Below are positions 1 to 8,798 of a stretch of DNA of 64,000 nt, one piece after another. Every line of letters starts with the position of its first letter. Within the stretch, counting starts at the first letter, position 1. Source of the DNA: Minisyncoccota bacterium (GTDB taxonomy: Bacteria > Patescibacteriota > Minisyncoccia > UBA6257 > XYB1-36-10); the NCBI GenBank assembly GCA_041651415.1, contig JBAZJH010000001.1, forward strand, positions 87,713 through 151,712, read 5' to 3'. Made by a program: the position numbers and the translations under genes. The notes below the pieces were generated by a model, which saw only the letters and a list, made by a program, of their open reading frames with translations, did not search any database and had not been told where the DNA came from.

Positions 1-2
1 AT

Positions 3-197
3 GACGATAAATTTGTCGATTTAATTTTAAGCGATGAGAGAAAAATATCCTTGCCTCACGCGATATCGGCTTCCGGCGCCCGTTATGCGAATGCGGACGA
101 AACTTTTGTTTTCTGGAATAAAGGAGATACGGCTTTTATAACCGAAGGGACTGAAAGCGTTTTAACTTTCACCAATTGTGTTTTAAAAACCGATTAG
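3..197 (+). CDS. 5'-truncated ORF at the window edge. The C-terminal fragment resembles MliC-family lysozyme-inhibitor proteins.
   Basis: The frame is open from the window start to TAG at 195-197. The translation DDKFVDLILSDERKISLPHAISASGARYANADETFVFWNKGDTAFITEGTESVLTFTNCVLKTD fits the SGARY...FW.KGD.A pattern I associate with MliC-like proteins. No start codon lies in the window. Confidence 0.35.
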   Translation, partial: DDKFVDLILSDERKISLPHAISASGARYANADETFVFWNKGDTAFITEGTESVLTFTNCVLKTD

Positions 198-245
198 AAA
201 AGATTTGATAAAACTCTGACTTTCTGCGGAAAAAAACTTAAAGAT

Positions 246-270
246 TTCACGGCCTTACGGCCGTGGAGTT
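246..270 (-). repeat. Solitary copy of the terminal GNRA-hairpin module (CACGGCC-GTAA-GGCCGTG) of repeat family A, abutting the mltG stop.
   Basis: tttcacggccttacggccgtggagtttt matches the 3' hairpin of the ~125-nt family A elements at 3733, 7103, 8627 and 36207. Confidence 0.4.
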
Positions 271-1272
271 TTATCTCAGATATTTTTCAATATTAGCTTT
301 GTGTTCCTCGTAAGTTTTGGCGCAATGGATTTCTCCTTCTGTATCATGGAGATAAAACAAGCATTCGGTTTTTGCCGGATTGAGAGCGGCTGAAATAGCG
401 TCAAGACCGGGATTGGAAATGGGGTGAGGAGGAAGGCCTTTATTTTTGTAAGTATTATAAGGAGAAGAAATATTTTTATCGGCTGAGCTTATCGGTTTCC
501 ACCAATCTCCTTCACTTAAATATTTTGTCAGGCCGGAATTGTAATGAAGAGAGGTGTCGCGCGCATATTGGATGGCGCAGTCGGTTTCAAGACGCATATC
601 TTTCAGAAGGCGGTTCCAAAGGACACCAGCGACAAGAGGCATATCGCTTTTGCCAGCAGCTTCTCTTTGAACTATGGAGGCAAGTTTTATTGCTGTTGTC
701 CATTTTATGTTGGCCTTCGCAAATTTTTCGGCATAAGGCTGAAATTTTTCGTTAAATTTATTGATGAATCTTTTGGCGATATCTTCGGGGGATTCGTCTT
801 TTGAAATCAGATAAGTATCGGGAAAATAAACGCCTTCCGAATAATCAGGTTTTTCCGCGGTATATTTTATAACCCAGTCATTTTTTTCTTCGCTGCTCCA
901 ATCGAGTTTTTCCGCAAGAATTTCCGCGATCTGTTCTTTGCGGAGCCCTTCCTGAATGATTACCCATTCCATATACGGTTCTTTCAGGGCTTTAGCCAGT
1001 TGCCAAACATTTTGACTTTTAGAAATTTTATAGCCGCCCGGACGGATTTTTGACACGCCTAAGGCGATTTTGAAACCCCATTCGCTTTTTATAAAACCTC
1101 CAGCGCTTAATTTTTGAACAGCGTCTTCTTTTGTTTCATTTAAAGAAACAATAAATCTTTCCGGTTCGGCGTTTTTTTCCGGCGCGCCGAAGAGATGATT
1201 ATAAAAAAGAACTCCGGATAGAATAAAAATAAAAATGAATATTCCCAGGCTCAAAATAATCTTATTTTTCAT
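271..1272 (-). CDS. mltG: Endolytic murein transglycosylase MltG (YceG-like).
   Basis: 333 aa with an N-terminal TM/signal segment and a YceG/MltG-like core (…GKSDMPLVAGVLWNRL…CAIQYA…NSPYNTYKNKGLPPHPISNPG). The C-terminal PPxPI.NPG motif is typical of MltG. Confidence 0.8.
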   Translation of the reverse strand: MKNKIILSLGIFIFIFILSGVLFYNHLFGAPEKNAEPERFIVSLNETKEDAVQKLSAGGFIKSEWGFKIALGVSKIRPGGYKISKSQNVWQLAKALKEPYMEWVIIQEGLRKEQIAEILAEKLDWSSEEKNDWVIKYTAEKPDYSEGVYFPDTYLISKDESPEDIAKRFINKFNEKFQPYAEKFAKANIKWTTAIKLASIVQREAAGKSDMPLVAGVLWNRLLKDMRLETDCAIQYARDTSLHYNSGLTKYLSEGDWWKPISSADKNISSPYNTYKNKGLPPHPISNPGLDAISAALNPAKTECLFYLHDTEGEIHCAKTYEEHKANIEKYLR

Positions 1273-1404
1273 ATTTTATTTATTATGGCAAAAAGAATTG
1301 CTTTTTGCCATAAAATTAGGGCGCCGAAATTTATAAAGCCGAAGAAAATAAGCGGGGAAGTGGAAAAGAAATGAATTTTTTGGAAAATAGTTTATAATTA
1401 TCGT

Positions 1405-1821
1405 ATGGATAAAAAAATATCATTTATCGCGGTAGCTGTGGTTTTAGTTATCGCGGCAGTGTTTTTTATTATATTTATTTATAAAGAAATAGGAATAACA
1501 AGTTTTGAGGAATGCGCGGAAGCGGGAAATCCGGTAACGGAAAGCTATCCGCGACAATGCACGGCTGACGGAAAAATATTTACTGAAGAGATTAAAATAA
1601 AAGCGACGATAACAAAGGCGGAAGCTAAAACAATCGCAGAAGATGTTTGCATTCAAAACAAAAATGAAGAGACAGTTAAAGCGGGAGAATATAATGAGAG
1701 TACCGGAGTTTGGAGGTTTGGATTAAATTTAAAAGAAAAAAAGGAGGGGTGCAGTCCAATTTGCATGGTTCATGACGCAACCAAGGCGGCGGGAATAGAT
1801 TGGGATTGTGCCAATAAATAA
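1405..1821 (+). CDS. Hypothetical small membrane-anchored/secreted Cys-containing protein.
   Basis: 138 aa with an N-terminal hydrophobic segment (ISFIAVAVVLVIAAVFFIIFIY) followed by a soluble domain with 6 Cys. I recognise no family. Confidence 0.45.
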   Translation: MDKKISFIAVAVVLVIAAVFFIIFIYKEIGITSFEECAEAGNPVTESYPRQCTADGKIFTEEIKIKATITKAEAKTIAEDVCIQNKNEETVKAGEYNESTGVWRFGLNLKEKKEGCSPICMVHDATKAAGIDWDCANK

Positions 1822-1853
1822 AGAGTCGGAATAAAAAAATAAAATTATAAAAA

Positions 1854-2018
1854 ATGGGAAAAGAAAAAATTGTCGGGCAGTGCGGTTCTTCAGGCTTAAT
1901 TTGGTTTGGGGGATGGCTTTTTACTATCGGCTATTTGGGGCTTTCTTTTTGGAAAGGAGTTTTGGCGTTAATAATTTGGCCTTATTATCTGGGAGTGGCG
2001 ATTAGCGCGTTTTTATAG
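1854..2018 (+). CDS. Unlisted 54-aa two-TM micro-protein (MGKEKIVGQCGSSGLIWFGGWLFTIGYLGLSFWKGVLALIIWPYYLGVAISAFL).
   Basis: ATG at 1854 to TAG at 2016-2018 in an intergenic gap. The product is strongly hydrophobic with two predicted helices. It falls below the 60-aa cutoff of the ORF track. Confidence 0.3.
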   Translation: MGKEKIVGQCGSSGLIWFGGWLFTIGYLGLSFWKGVLALIIWPYYLGVAISAFL

Positions 2019-2087
2019 AAACAAGGATATTTTTTTAAAACTGTCTCGAAATAAAAGCGAGGCGGTTTTTATTTGTAAAACTTTTTT

Positions 2088-2117
2088 CATTCCAACATTC
2101 TCAAGAACATTGGAATG
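2088..2117. repeat. Family C palindrome copy C1 (CATTCCAACATTCTCAAGAACATTGGAATG), upstream of the STAS gene.
   Basis: This near-perfect 30-bp palindrome recurs at 44088, 48596 and 50414, with a variant at 5758. Confidence 0.55.
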
Positions 2118-2245
2118 AAAAATTGATTGACAAAGATTAAAGGCGGAAGTAGGGTGAAGATAGAGTTTTGAAAACAAAAAACATTACTTAATAATGAGGC
2201 AAAAAGAGCCCCGACGCTTCGGTCGGGGTAAAAAGGAGAAGGGCG

Positions 2246-2668
2246 ATGAGAAAATGGTTTAACTTCGGAAGGAGAAGAATCATGTTTAAAAAGTTTGACT
2301 TAAGGCGAGAAGAGCGAGAAGGAGGAGTAGAAGTTGTTTATGTGATCGGGTATTTGGACTCCTCAACATTTGTTGAGCTTGATAATTGTTTTAAAGAGCT
2401 AATAGAAGAGGGGAAGGTGAAAATTATTGTCGATATGTCAGAGTTGGAATATATTTCGGCGGCGGGGCTTGGAGTTATCGCAGGAATGTTGGTGGAAGTA
2501 AGAAACAAAATGGGAGACTTAAAACTATGTGGTATGGATTCGAGGATTAGAAATCTTTTTGATATACTTGGATTTTCAAGAACATTGGAAATCTATAGCA
2601 GTCAAGAAGAAGCGATGAAAGAGTTTAAGGAAGAAAAAGGACGGATTTCTGTTCTAGCGCTCAGTTGA
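2246..2668 (+). CDS. STAS-domain protein (anti-sigma-factor antagonist, SpoIIAA-like).
   Basis: 140 aa, …VVYVIGYLDSSTFVELDNCFKELIEEGKVKIIVDMSELEYISAAGLGVIAGMLVEVRNKMGDLKLCGMDSRIRNLFDILGF… fits the STAS fold pattern. An SD AAGGAG precedes the start. No partner kinase or anti-sigma factor is adjacent. Confidence 0.75.
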   Translation: MRKWFNFGRRRIMFKKFDLRREEREGGVEVVYVIGYLDSSTFVELDNCFKELIEEGKVKIIVDMSELEYISAAGLGVIAGMLVEVRNKMGDLKLCGMDSRIRNLFDILGFSRTLEIYSSQEEAMKEFKEEKGRISVLALS

Positions 2669-2758
2669 CATTCTTACTAAAAAAGGAGAGAAAAATGCCA
2701 AAAAGTTATTAATGCCGTCTTGATGAAAATCGAGACGGCTTTTTATTAAAGATCTATT

Positions 2759-2795
2759 CTCAAATTCTTGAGAATTTGAGAATAGATTGGAGCGA
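2759..2795 (+). terminator. Long hairpin downstream of the STAS gene (ctattctcaaattcttgagaatttgagaatag).
   Basis: A roughly 13-15-bp inverted repeat begins about 90 nt after the stop. It is not followed by a clean T-run, so its function as a terminator is uncertain. Confidence 0.3.
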
Positions 2796-2823
2796 TTTTT
2801 AACAGAGAAACAGGAAATTGGAA

Positions 2824-3654
2824 TTAAAGTTTCAGTTTTTTCATTAGGCGGCGCAGAAAGAAAAATCTTTTTTTATGATACTGCTTGCTTTCCGATATTT
2901 TCTTTATTTTTGGCATAAGAGAAATAGCGGCTTGATAACCGGCTGTAATTAACTCTTCTGTTTTATTGAAGTCGGAATAGCCGAAATTAAACAGATTCGG
3001 TTCGATGATGATGTCGGCTTCCCACATTCTTAAAAGACGGCGGTCCATAGAAAGAACAGCGAATGAGTTCAGAAGAACGTCAAAAACATTATGCACGTTT
3101 CTTAAGGAAGTTTTTCTCAAGTTGACTCCAATAGCAGAATCGGCGCCCATTTTTCTGACAACCGATAAGGGAAGATTTTCCGACCATCCGCCGTCAATAA
3201 GTTTTCGCTCATTGATGGTTATCGGAATATAGATGCCCGGAAGGCAGGAGCTTGCCATTAAAGCTTCCGCCAAATTGCCTTTTCGGAGAACAACTTTTTC
3301 ACCTTTTTCAATATCGGTTGCGACAATGGCAAGCGGAATTTTGGCGTCTTCTATATTAACCTCGCCGAAAACTTCTTTGATGAGTTTGCCGAGAGGTTTG
3401 TTGGAAGCTAGACCTAACTTGGAATAAGCGAAATTGGAGATGTTCCGCCAGTTGATTTTTTTGGAAACATCGGCCATTTGCTCATAAGAAAGGCCGAAGG
3501 CGAAGGCGGCAGCGATAATAGAGCCGGAACTGGTGCCGGCGATATAATCTATTTTAATTTTGTTTTCTTCAAGAGCTTTAAGAACTCCGATATGGGAGAT
3601 GCCGAGAGCGGAGCCGCCGCTTAAAGCCAAACCGATTTTATTTTTTCCGAACAT
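2824..3654 (-). CDS. Patatin-like phospholipase.
   Basis: A GGSALG oxyanion motif, a GTSSG GxSxG serine motif and a DGG motif (LIDGGWSENLP) are all present in the right order. Confidence 0.85.
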   Translation of the reverse strand: MFGKNKIGLALSGGSALGISHIGVLKALEENKIKIDYIAGTSSGSIIAAAFAFGLSYEQMADVSKKINWRNISNFAYSKLGLASNKPLGKLIKEVFGEVNIEDAKIPLAIVATDIEKGEKVVLRKGNLAEALMASSCLPGIYIPITINERKLIDGGWSENLPLSVVRKMGADSAIGVNLRKTSLRNVHNVFDVLLNSFAVLSMDRRLLRMWEADIIIEPNLFNFGYSDFNKTEELITAGYQAAISLMPKIKKISESKQYHKKRFFFLRRLMKKLKL

Positions 3655-3732
3655 ATCAAGTTAATACAAAATAAAAAGAAGAAGTTTCCATCTCTTTTTA
3701 TTTTATCTTAAGTAAGTCGATTTTTAAACAGA

Positions 3733-3855
3733 TTATTAAATCTCCACGAAAACCACGCGCGTTAGCTAGGGAGTTGAAGTGGTAAAGATTTAATAAACCC
3801 CGCCTTTAGGGGGGTGAGAAACTCAGGATACCACGGCCGTAAGGCCGTGGAGTTT
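3733..3855 (+). repeat. Repeat family A, copy A1 (~125-nt three-hairpin intergenic element).
   Basis: ttattaaatctccacgaaaacc…ggtaaagatttaataaaccccgcctttaggggggtgagaaactcaggataccacggccgtaaggccgtggagttt is near-identical to the copy at 7103-7225. It abuts the typA stop. Confidence 0.75.
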
Positions 3856-5645
3856 CATTTTTGGCGGGAGTGTTTGATGCGGGCGTTTTCGGTGAGAAAC
3901 TGTTTTCTCAAGCGAATGCTTTTTGGAGTGATTTCCAAATATTCGTCTTCGTTCATAACTCCCATACCGCGTTCCAAAGAAAGCTCCATAGGCGGAGTCA
4001 AACGAATGGCTTCGTCGGAACCGGAGGCGCGCATATTGCTAAGTTCTTTTCCTTTAATCGGATTGACGGTCATATCGTTGCCTTTCGAGACATTGCCGAT
4101 AACCATTCCTTCGTAAACTTCCGTTCCGGCTTTAACATAAAGAACGCCTCTTTCTTGAAGATTATATAAAGAGAAGCCAAGAGCTTTGCCGGTTGCCATA
4201 GAAACCATAGAGCCGAGTTCGCTTTTTTCGATATTGCCGGCATAAGGTTTGAAACCGATGACGCGGGTGTAAAGAATGCCTTCGCCGCGCGTATCGATAA
4301 TAAATTCATTGCGATAGCCGAGAAGAGCGCGGGTGGGAATTTCAAAAATCATAAAGGCGCGATTATTTTCGTGCTTGATTTCGAGCATCTGCCCTTTTCT
4401 TTTGCCGAGGCGTTCAATAACAACTCCGGCCATTTCCTCCGGAACATTTATTGTGGCTTCTTCAAAAGGTTCGAGCTTTGCGCCGTTTTCTTCTTTGATA
4501 ATAACGTGCGGTTCGGAGATTTGGAGTTCGTAGCCTTCGCGGCGCATATTTTCAAGCAGAATGGCGATATGCATTTCGCCGCGTCCGTAAACTTTGTAAT
4601 GGTCGCCTTCGGAAAAATCCACTTTCAAACCGACATTGACTTCCAGTTCTTTTTCCAAGCGTTCTTTAATTTGGCGAGTAGTGACAAATTTTCCTTCTCG
4701 GCCGGCGAAAGGGGAATCATTAACGAGAAAATTAAGACAGATGGTCGGTTCATCGATGGAAATGGCGGGCAGAGCTTTTTGATTTTCATTTTCACAAATG
4801 GTTTCGCCGATAAAAATATCGGGAAGTCCGGCAATCATAACAATATCGCCGGCGACAGCTTCCTCTTCTTCTTTGCGAGCCAGACCTTCGAAAGTGAAGA
4901 GTTTGGTGACTTTTCCCTGGCGGATTTCGCCTTTGTCGTTTTTAATGAAAACTGTTTGGCCATTTTTTATTTTTCCTTCGTAAATGCGGCCAAGTCCGAG
5001 ACGGCCGAGAAAATTGTCGTAAGCGAGATTGAAGGGCTGCATTAAAAGAGGCAAGTTGTTTTTTTCGGCGCCGGAAGCGACAGGCACTTCTTTAAGAATA
5101 ACGTCGAGAAGCGGGGAGAGGTCGGCGGATTTGTCTTCCAGATTTACTTTAGCGATGCCGTCGCGGCCGATGGCGTAGATAGTGGAAAAATTAAGCTGGT
5201 CGTTATTTGCGCCCAGTTCCATAAAAAGTTCCAGAACCATTTCATGAACGGCTTCCGGACGGGCGGCGGCTTTGTCTATTTTATTAATAACGACGATTGG
5301 CTTTAGTCCGAGGTCGAGAGATTTTTTAAGAACAAATCGAGTTTGAGGCATTGGGCCTTCTTGAGCGTCAACGACAAGAATAACGGAATCGATGGAGCGG
5401 AGAACGCGTTCCACTTCGGAGCCGAAGTCGGCGTGGCCGGGGGTGTCGACGATATTGATTTTTGTTTCTTTATAATAAACGGAGGTGTTTTTAGAATAAA
5501 TCGTAATACCGCGCTCTTTTTCGAGCGTGTTGGAATCCATGCTGACGCCGGCTTCTGCCATACCGGTTTGACGCATCAGAGCATCGGTAAGCGTGGTTTT
5601 GCCGTGGTCAACGTGGGCGATAATGGCGATGTTTCTTATATCCAT
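3855..5645 (-). CDS. typA: Translational GTPase TypA/BipA.
   Basis: 596 aa with G1 AHVDHGKTTL, DTPGHADF and NKID motifs, plus full-length EF-G-like domain order and the BipA C-terminal domain. Confidence 0.95.
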   Translation of the reverse strand: MDIRNIAIIAHVDHGKTTLTDALMRQTGMAEAGVSMDSNTLEKERGITIYSKNTSVYYKETKINIVDTPGHADFGSEVERVLRSIDSVILVVDAQEGPMPQTRFVLKKSLDLGLKPIVVINKIDKAAARPEAVHEMVLELFMELGANNDQLNFSTIYAIGRDGIAKVNLEDKSADLSPLLDVILKEVPVASGAEKNNLPLLMQPFNLAYDNFLGRLGLGRIYEGKIKNGQTVFIKNDKGEIRQGKVTKLFTFEGLARKEEEEAVAGDIVMIAGLPDIFIGETICENENQKALPAISIDEPTICLNFLVNDSPFAGREGKFVTTRQIKERLEKELEVNVGLKVDFSEGDHYKVYGRGEMHIAILLENMRREGYELQISEPHVIIKEENGAKLEPFEEATINVPEEMAGVVIERLGKRKGQMLEIKHENNRAFMIFEIPTRALLGYRNEFIIDTRGEGILYTRVIGFKPYAGNIEKSELGSMVSMATGKALGFSLYNLQERGVLYVKAGTEVYEGMVIGNVSKGNDMTVNPIKGKELSNMRASGSDEAIRLTPPMELSLERGMGVMNEDEYLEITPKSIRLRKQFLTENARIKHSRQK

Positions 5646-5757
5646 ATTAGGGTAAATAAAATCCGCTTTTTGGCGGATAAAAATTATCAGCGCTTTTATA
5701 TATTATAGAAGAAAATAGAAAAAAAGCAAGTTTGAGGGATGTTGAGAAACATTCTTA

Positions 5758-5783
5758 TTCCAATGTTGTTGAGAATATTGGGA
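5758..5783. repeat. Family C-like palindrome variant (TTCCAATGTTGTTGAGAATATTGGGA) in the parB-like upstream region.
   Basis: It shares the TTCCAAT…GAGAATATTGG arms of family C. Confidence 0.3.
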
Positions 5784-5934
5784 TAAGGAAGGAAAGAAAG
5801 TTTTTGACAAAAAAAGAGAAAGAGCTTATTTTTTAGGGAGAATTTTGAAACTAAATTAAAGAAATCTGCCTATACTAAGGTTGTGGCAAGACAAAGCTAC
5901 GACGTGAAAAGTCGGGGCACAAAGGAGAAAGAAA

Positions 5935-7053
5935 ATGGAAAAGAAAAGCGTAGTTGATGTTACTGAAATGGTTTATTGCAGGTTAGAAGGAAAAAACATT
6001 TCTGGCGAAAATTGCATAAAAATTTCGGGAATAAAAAAAAACAGGAACGGAGCTTGCATAAGATGCGGTTCGGAATTCAAAAGAGTAAGAAAACCGGTTT
6101 CAACTCCGCCTTTGGATTTTTCAAAGGCAAGAACCGGAAGTTCTGGGGGAAATGGGAAAGTTCATCGAGGGGAAGAGAATCAGGTAATTTTGATTCCAGT
6201 CGGAAATTTAGTTCCTGATCCAGAACAGCCAAGAATGTATTTTGACCTGGTTGCTTTAGAATGCCTAAAAGAAAGCATAAGAGAAAATGGGCAGAAGCAA
6301 CCGATTGTTATTTTTCAGGACGGGGAGAAAAGCATTATTCTTGACGGAGAAAGGCGGTGGAGATGCATTAAAGAATTAGGGTGGAAAGAGATTTCTTGCT
6401 TTATTATTTCGAAACCGAAGGACAAAAGAGAAAAATTGCTGCTTTCTCTTCTTTATAACTTCTGCCGAGAATCACATACGGTTGAAGAAGAAGTCATAGC
6501 CGCAAAGAAATTGCTTGATTCCGGAATGGCGCAAGCCGGCATCGCAAGAGCAATCGGCAAATCACAGATGTGGGTTTCGCAAAGATTGGCTCTTCTCAAC
6601 TTGCGTTCAGAAGTTTTTGGAATGTTGTCTCCGAAATTGCCGGAGGAGAAAAGAATAAATATTTCGGCAGCTTATGAGCTTTCTAAAATTGAAGATAAAG
6701 AAATTCAATTATCTTTAGCTTTAGAAATGGTGAAAAAAAAGATGACTCTTTGCGAATCCAGAACTTTGATTGAAGCGACTTGCAAGGAAAGAGGGTTAGA
6801 TGTAAGGAGAAAAAGGAAGGTGAAGCCGAGCGATATATGGAAGAGAATTACTCCGAAGCTGAGAGCATTTTTATTCAACTTTCGAAGAAATTTGAATGAA
6901 GGGGAAAAGGAGCTAGAGATAATGCTTCGGAAAAGAGAATTGTCGGAGTTGAGGCAGTTAATGAAAGACCTTAGCGAATGCATGGCTCTTTCTTCGCAGT
7001 TTCATATTTTAGTGAAGGGGGTTTTTGAAAAAAAGGGGGGAGTTCATGAATAA
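5935..7053 (+). CDS. Orphan ParB/Srx-fold protein with an N-terminal zinc-ribbon extension and an HTH.
   Basis: A CxxC…CxxC ribbon (CRLEGKNISGENC…CIRCGS) is followed by a ParB N-domain (…QPIVIFQDGEKSIILDGERRWRCIKELGW…) and an HTH (AGIARAIGKSQMWVSQRLALLNL). The GERRxR arginine patch is the ParB CTP-binding motif. No parA is adjacent. Confidence 0.7.
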   Translation: MEKKSVVDVTEMVYCRLEGKNISGENCIKISGIKKNRNGACIRCGSEFKRVRKPVSTPPLDFSKARTGSSGGNGKVHRGEENQVILIPVGNLVPDPEQPRMYFDLVALECLKESIRENGQKQPIVIFQDGEKSIILDGERRWRCIKELGWKEISCFIISKPKDKREKLLLSLLYNFCRESHTVEEEVIAAKKLLDSGMAQAGIARAIGKSQMWVSQRLALLNLRSEVFGMLSPKLPEEKRINISAAYELSKIEDKEIQLSLALEMVKKKMTLCESRTLIEATCKERGLDVRRKRKVKPSDIWKRITPKLRAFLFNFRRNLNEGEKELEIMLRKRELSELRQLMKDLSECMALSSQFHILVKGVFEKKGGVHE

Positions 7054-7102
7054 GAATTATCGGGCCCGCTGAACTTTTTGTAAAAAAGGGAGGCGGGTTT
7101 TT

Positions 7103-7225
7103 TTATTAAATCTCCACGAAAACCCCGCGCGTTAGCTAGGAAGTTGAAGCGGTAAAGATTTAATAAACCCCGCCTTTAGGGGGGTGAGAAACTCAGGATA
7201 CCACGGCCGTAAGGCCGTGGAGTTT
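7103..7225 (+). repeat. Repeat family A, copy A2.
   Basis: Near-identical to A1. It abuts the uppP stop at 7228. Confidence 0.75.
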
Positions 7226-7227
7226 CA

Positions 7228-7995
7228 TTAGAGAGCGAAAAGAAGAAAGATAAAAACAAGGAGAAGGCGATAGACGCCAAAGGAAGCAAAAGAATGACGG
7301 CGGATATAATTCAGAAGGAATTTTATGCTTAAGGCGGCGGAGAAAAAAGAAACGATAAAACCGAGAGCGAGAAGATAAAATTCGGAAGAAGAAAAGGAAG
7401 CGGAAGTTTTTAAAAGGTCGAAAAAAGTGGCGGCGAACATGGTTGGGACGGCGAGAAGAAAAGAAAATTCAACGATAGTTTGACGGGGAATTTTTAAAGC
7501 GAGTCCGCCGATAATAGTGGCGGCGGAACGGGAAATGCCGGGAACAACGGCAAGCGCTTGGCAGGCGCCGATTATCAGGCATTCTTTAAAACTGATATCT
7601 TTGATATCTTTTTCTCCTTTACTTTCTTTAAAAAATTTTTCAAAGAGAATAAGGAAAAGTCCGCCTAAAGCGAGAGACAAAAGAACGATAGCGATATTGC
7701 CAAGAAGGAAGCTTTTAACGGTTTTATAAAGAAGAAAACCGATTAGGCCGGTAGGGAGAAAAGCGACGAAGATTTTTTTCAGAACTTCCAAGTCGAGAAA
7801 TTTTTTAAAGAAAAGGACGATAACGGAAAGAATGGCGCCGCTTTGAATGGCGATTTCAAAAGTTTTGAGGAATTCCGTTTCGGAAATTTTTAAAAGATTA
7901 GAAGCAAGAATAAGATGGGCGGTTGAAGAGATGGGTAAAAATTCGGTGAAGCCCTCAATTAATCCGAGAAGGGAAGCGGTAAAAAAATTAAGCAT
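7228..7995 (-). CDS. uppP: Undecaprenyl-diphosphatase UppP (BacA).
   Basis: 255 aa polytopic protein. MLNFFTASLLGLIEGFTEFLPISSTAHL… and …PGISRSAATI… are UppP signature regions. Confidence 0.9.
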   Translation of the reverse strand: MLNFFTASLLGLIEGFTEFLPISSTAHLILASNLLKISETEFLKTFEIAIQSGAILSVIVLFFKKFLDLEVLKKIFVAFLPTGLIGFLLYKTVKSFLLGNIAIVLLSLALGGLFLILFEKFFKESKGEKDIKDISFKECLIIGACQALAVVPGISRSAATIIGGLALKIPRQTIVEFSFLLAVPTMFAATFFDLLKTSASFSSSEFYLLALGFIVSFFSAALSIKFLLNYIRRHSFASFGVYRLLLVFIFLLFAL

Positions 7996-8048
7996 TGTTT
8001 TATTTTAGCAGGTTGCGCGAAATTTTTAAAAGCACATAATGAAAACAT

Positions 8049-8375
8049 ATGAATAATATGGAAATTTTTCCAAAGTTCGAAAAAAAAGAAGAAAGAGAAA
8101 TTAATGAAGAGGAGTTGATAGAAAAAATGAAAGGCAAGGAGCCGGGTGATGCGGAAGCGGTTGAAGTTTTAAGAAAGTGGGTAGACCAAGAGCAGGGGAA
8201 AACGGAAGATAATCTTGGTTTTAATATTAAAATGGCGGAGGTTTATGAAAAGGCGGGATGGAAGGAACAGGCGAGAGAATCTTTTGAAGCAGCAGCGGAA
8301 TATGCCTACGAGATAGATGATGAAAGATACGAAGAATTATTAGGAAAGGCGGGTGAGATGGAAAAAGGAGAGTAA
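8049..8375 (+). CDS. Hypothetical acidic protein.
   Basis: 108 aa, Glu/Lys-rich. No family recognised. Confidence 0.4.
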   Translation: MNNMEIFPKFEKKEEREINEEELIEKMKGKEPGDAEAVEVLRKWVDQEQGKTEDNLGFNIKMAEVYEKAGWKEQARESFEAAAEYAYEIDDERYEELLGKAGEMEKGE

Positions 8376-8442
8376 TTTTTATTTAAAACTTTTGACAAAA
8401 GCAGTTTTGCTGTATAATTTTTTTATCTAAAAAAATAAAAAA

Positions 8443-8622
8443 ATGCTTTGGATGACTTTTTTGGTTGTTTTAGTTTTTACAATTCTTTCATGGTTTATTT
8501 TTAGTGATTCGGAGAGCTTAGGCTGGCGAGTTCTTTTGACGATGTCGGCTTCCGGTTTGGCGTTTTGGATTATGATGGCGGCGATTGCGGCCTGCGGGAC
8601 ACTCGGGTGTGTGGGAAAATGA
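8443..8622 (+). CDS. Unlisted 59-aa two-TM micro-protein (MLWMTFLVVLVFTILSWFIFSDSESLGWRVLLTMSASGLAFWIMMAAIAACGTLGCVGK).
   Basis: ATG 8443 to TGA 8620-8622. Hydrophobic with no SD. It is just under the ORF-track length cutoff. Confidence 0.3.
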   Translation: MLWMTFLVVLVFTILSWFIFSDSESLGWRVLLTMSASGLAFWIMMAAIAACGTLGCVGK

Positions 8623-8626
8623 AATT

Positions 8627-8746
8627 CTACAGCCTTACGGCCGTGGAATCTTTTAGTTTCACCCTGCAAAAAGTCGGGGTTTTATTAAATCTTCTCCGCT
8701 AAAACTCCTTAGCTGACGCACGGAGTTTTCGCGGAGATTTAATAAA
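8627..8746 (-). repeat. Repeat family A, copy A3 (reverse orientation).
   Basis: The reverse complement matches the A consensus: ttattaaatcttctccgctaaaactcc…ggagttttcgcggagatttaataaa…ccacggccgtaaggctgtag. Confidence 0.7.
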
Positions 8747-8776
8747 AAAATAGGCCTGTTCCGAAGAACAGGCCTT
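8742..8776 (-). terminator. Intrinsic terminator of the 1890-aa surface-protein gene.
   Basis: aggcctgttc-cgaa-gaacaggcct is a 10-bp stem followed on the minus strand by a T7 run. It lies 25 nt downstream of the stop. Confidence 0.7.
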
Positions 8777-8798
8777 AGTGATATAAGGTACTATAATT

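Noticed and set aside
3855-3857. Alternative genetic code (UGA recoding, as in some CPR lineages)
   Set aside because: TGA terminates typA, ppsA and other confident genes at their expected C-termini. The standard code 11 fits.
3814-4116. ORF-track CDS 3814..4116 (+), MRNSGYHGRKAVEFHF…
   Set aside because: Its 5' end is the translation of the family A repeat hairpin (ccacggccgtaaggccgtggagtttcat) and the rest is antisense to typA. The same HGRKAVEFHF peptide recurs in 8427..8669 (-) wherever the repeat occurs. These are repeat-derived spurious ORFs.
4070-5708. Multiple antisense or alternative-frame ORFs inside typA (4070..4345, 4333..4533, 4371..5045, 4625..4834, 4798..4983, 5343..5708)
   Set aside because: They are fully nested in a confidently identified, full-length typA gene and have no SD or family resemblance.
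8427-8669. ORF 8427..8669 (-)
   Set aside because: It overlaps the A3 repeat copy and is antisense to a more plausible hydrophobic micro-ORF at 8443..8622. It carries the repeat-derived peptide.
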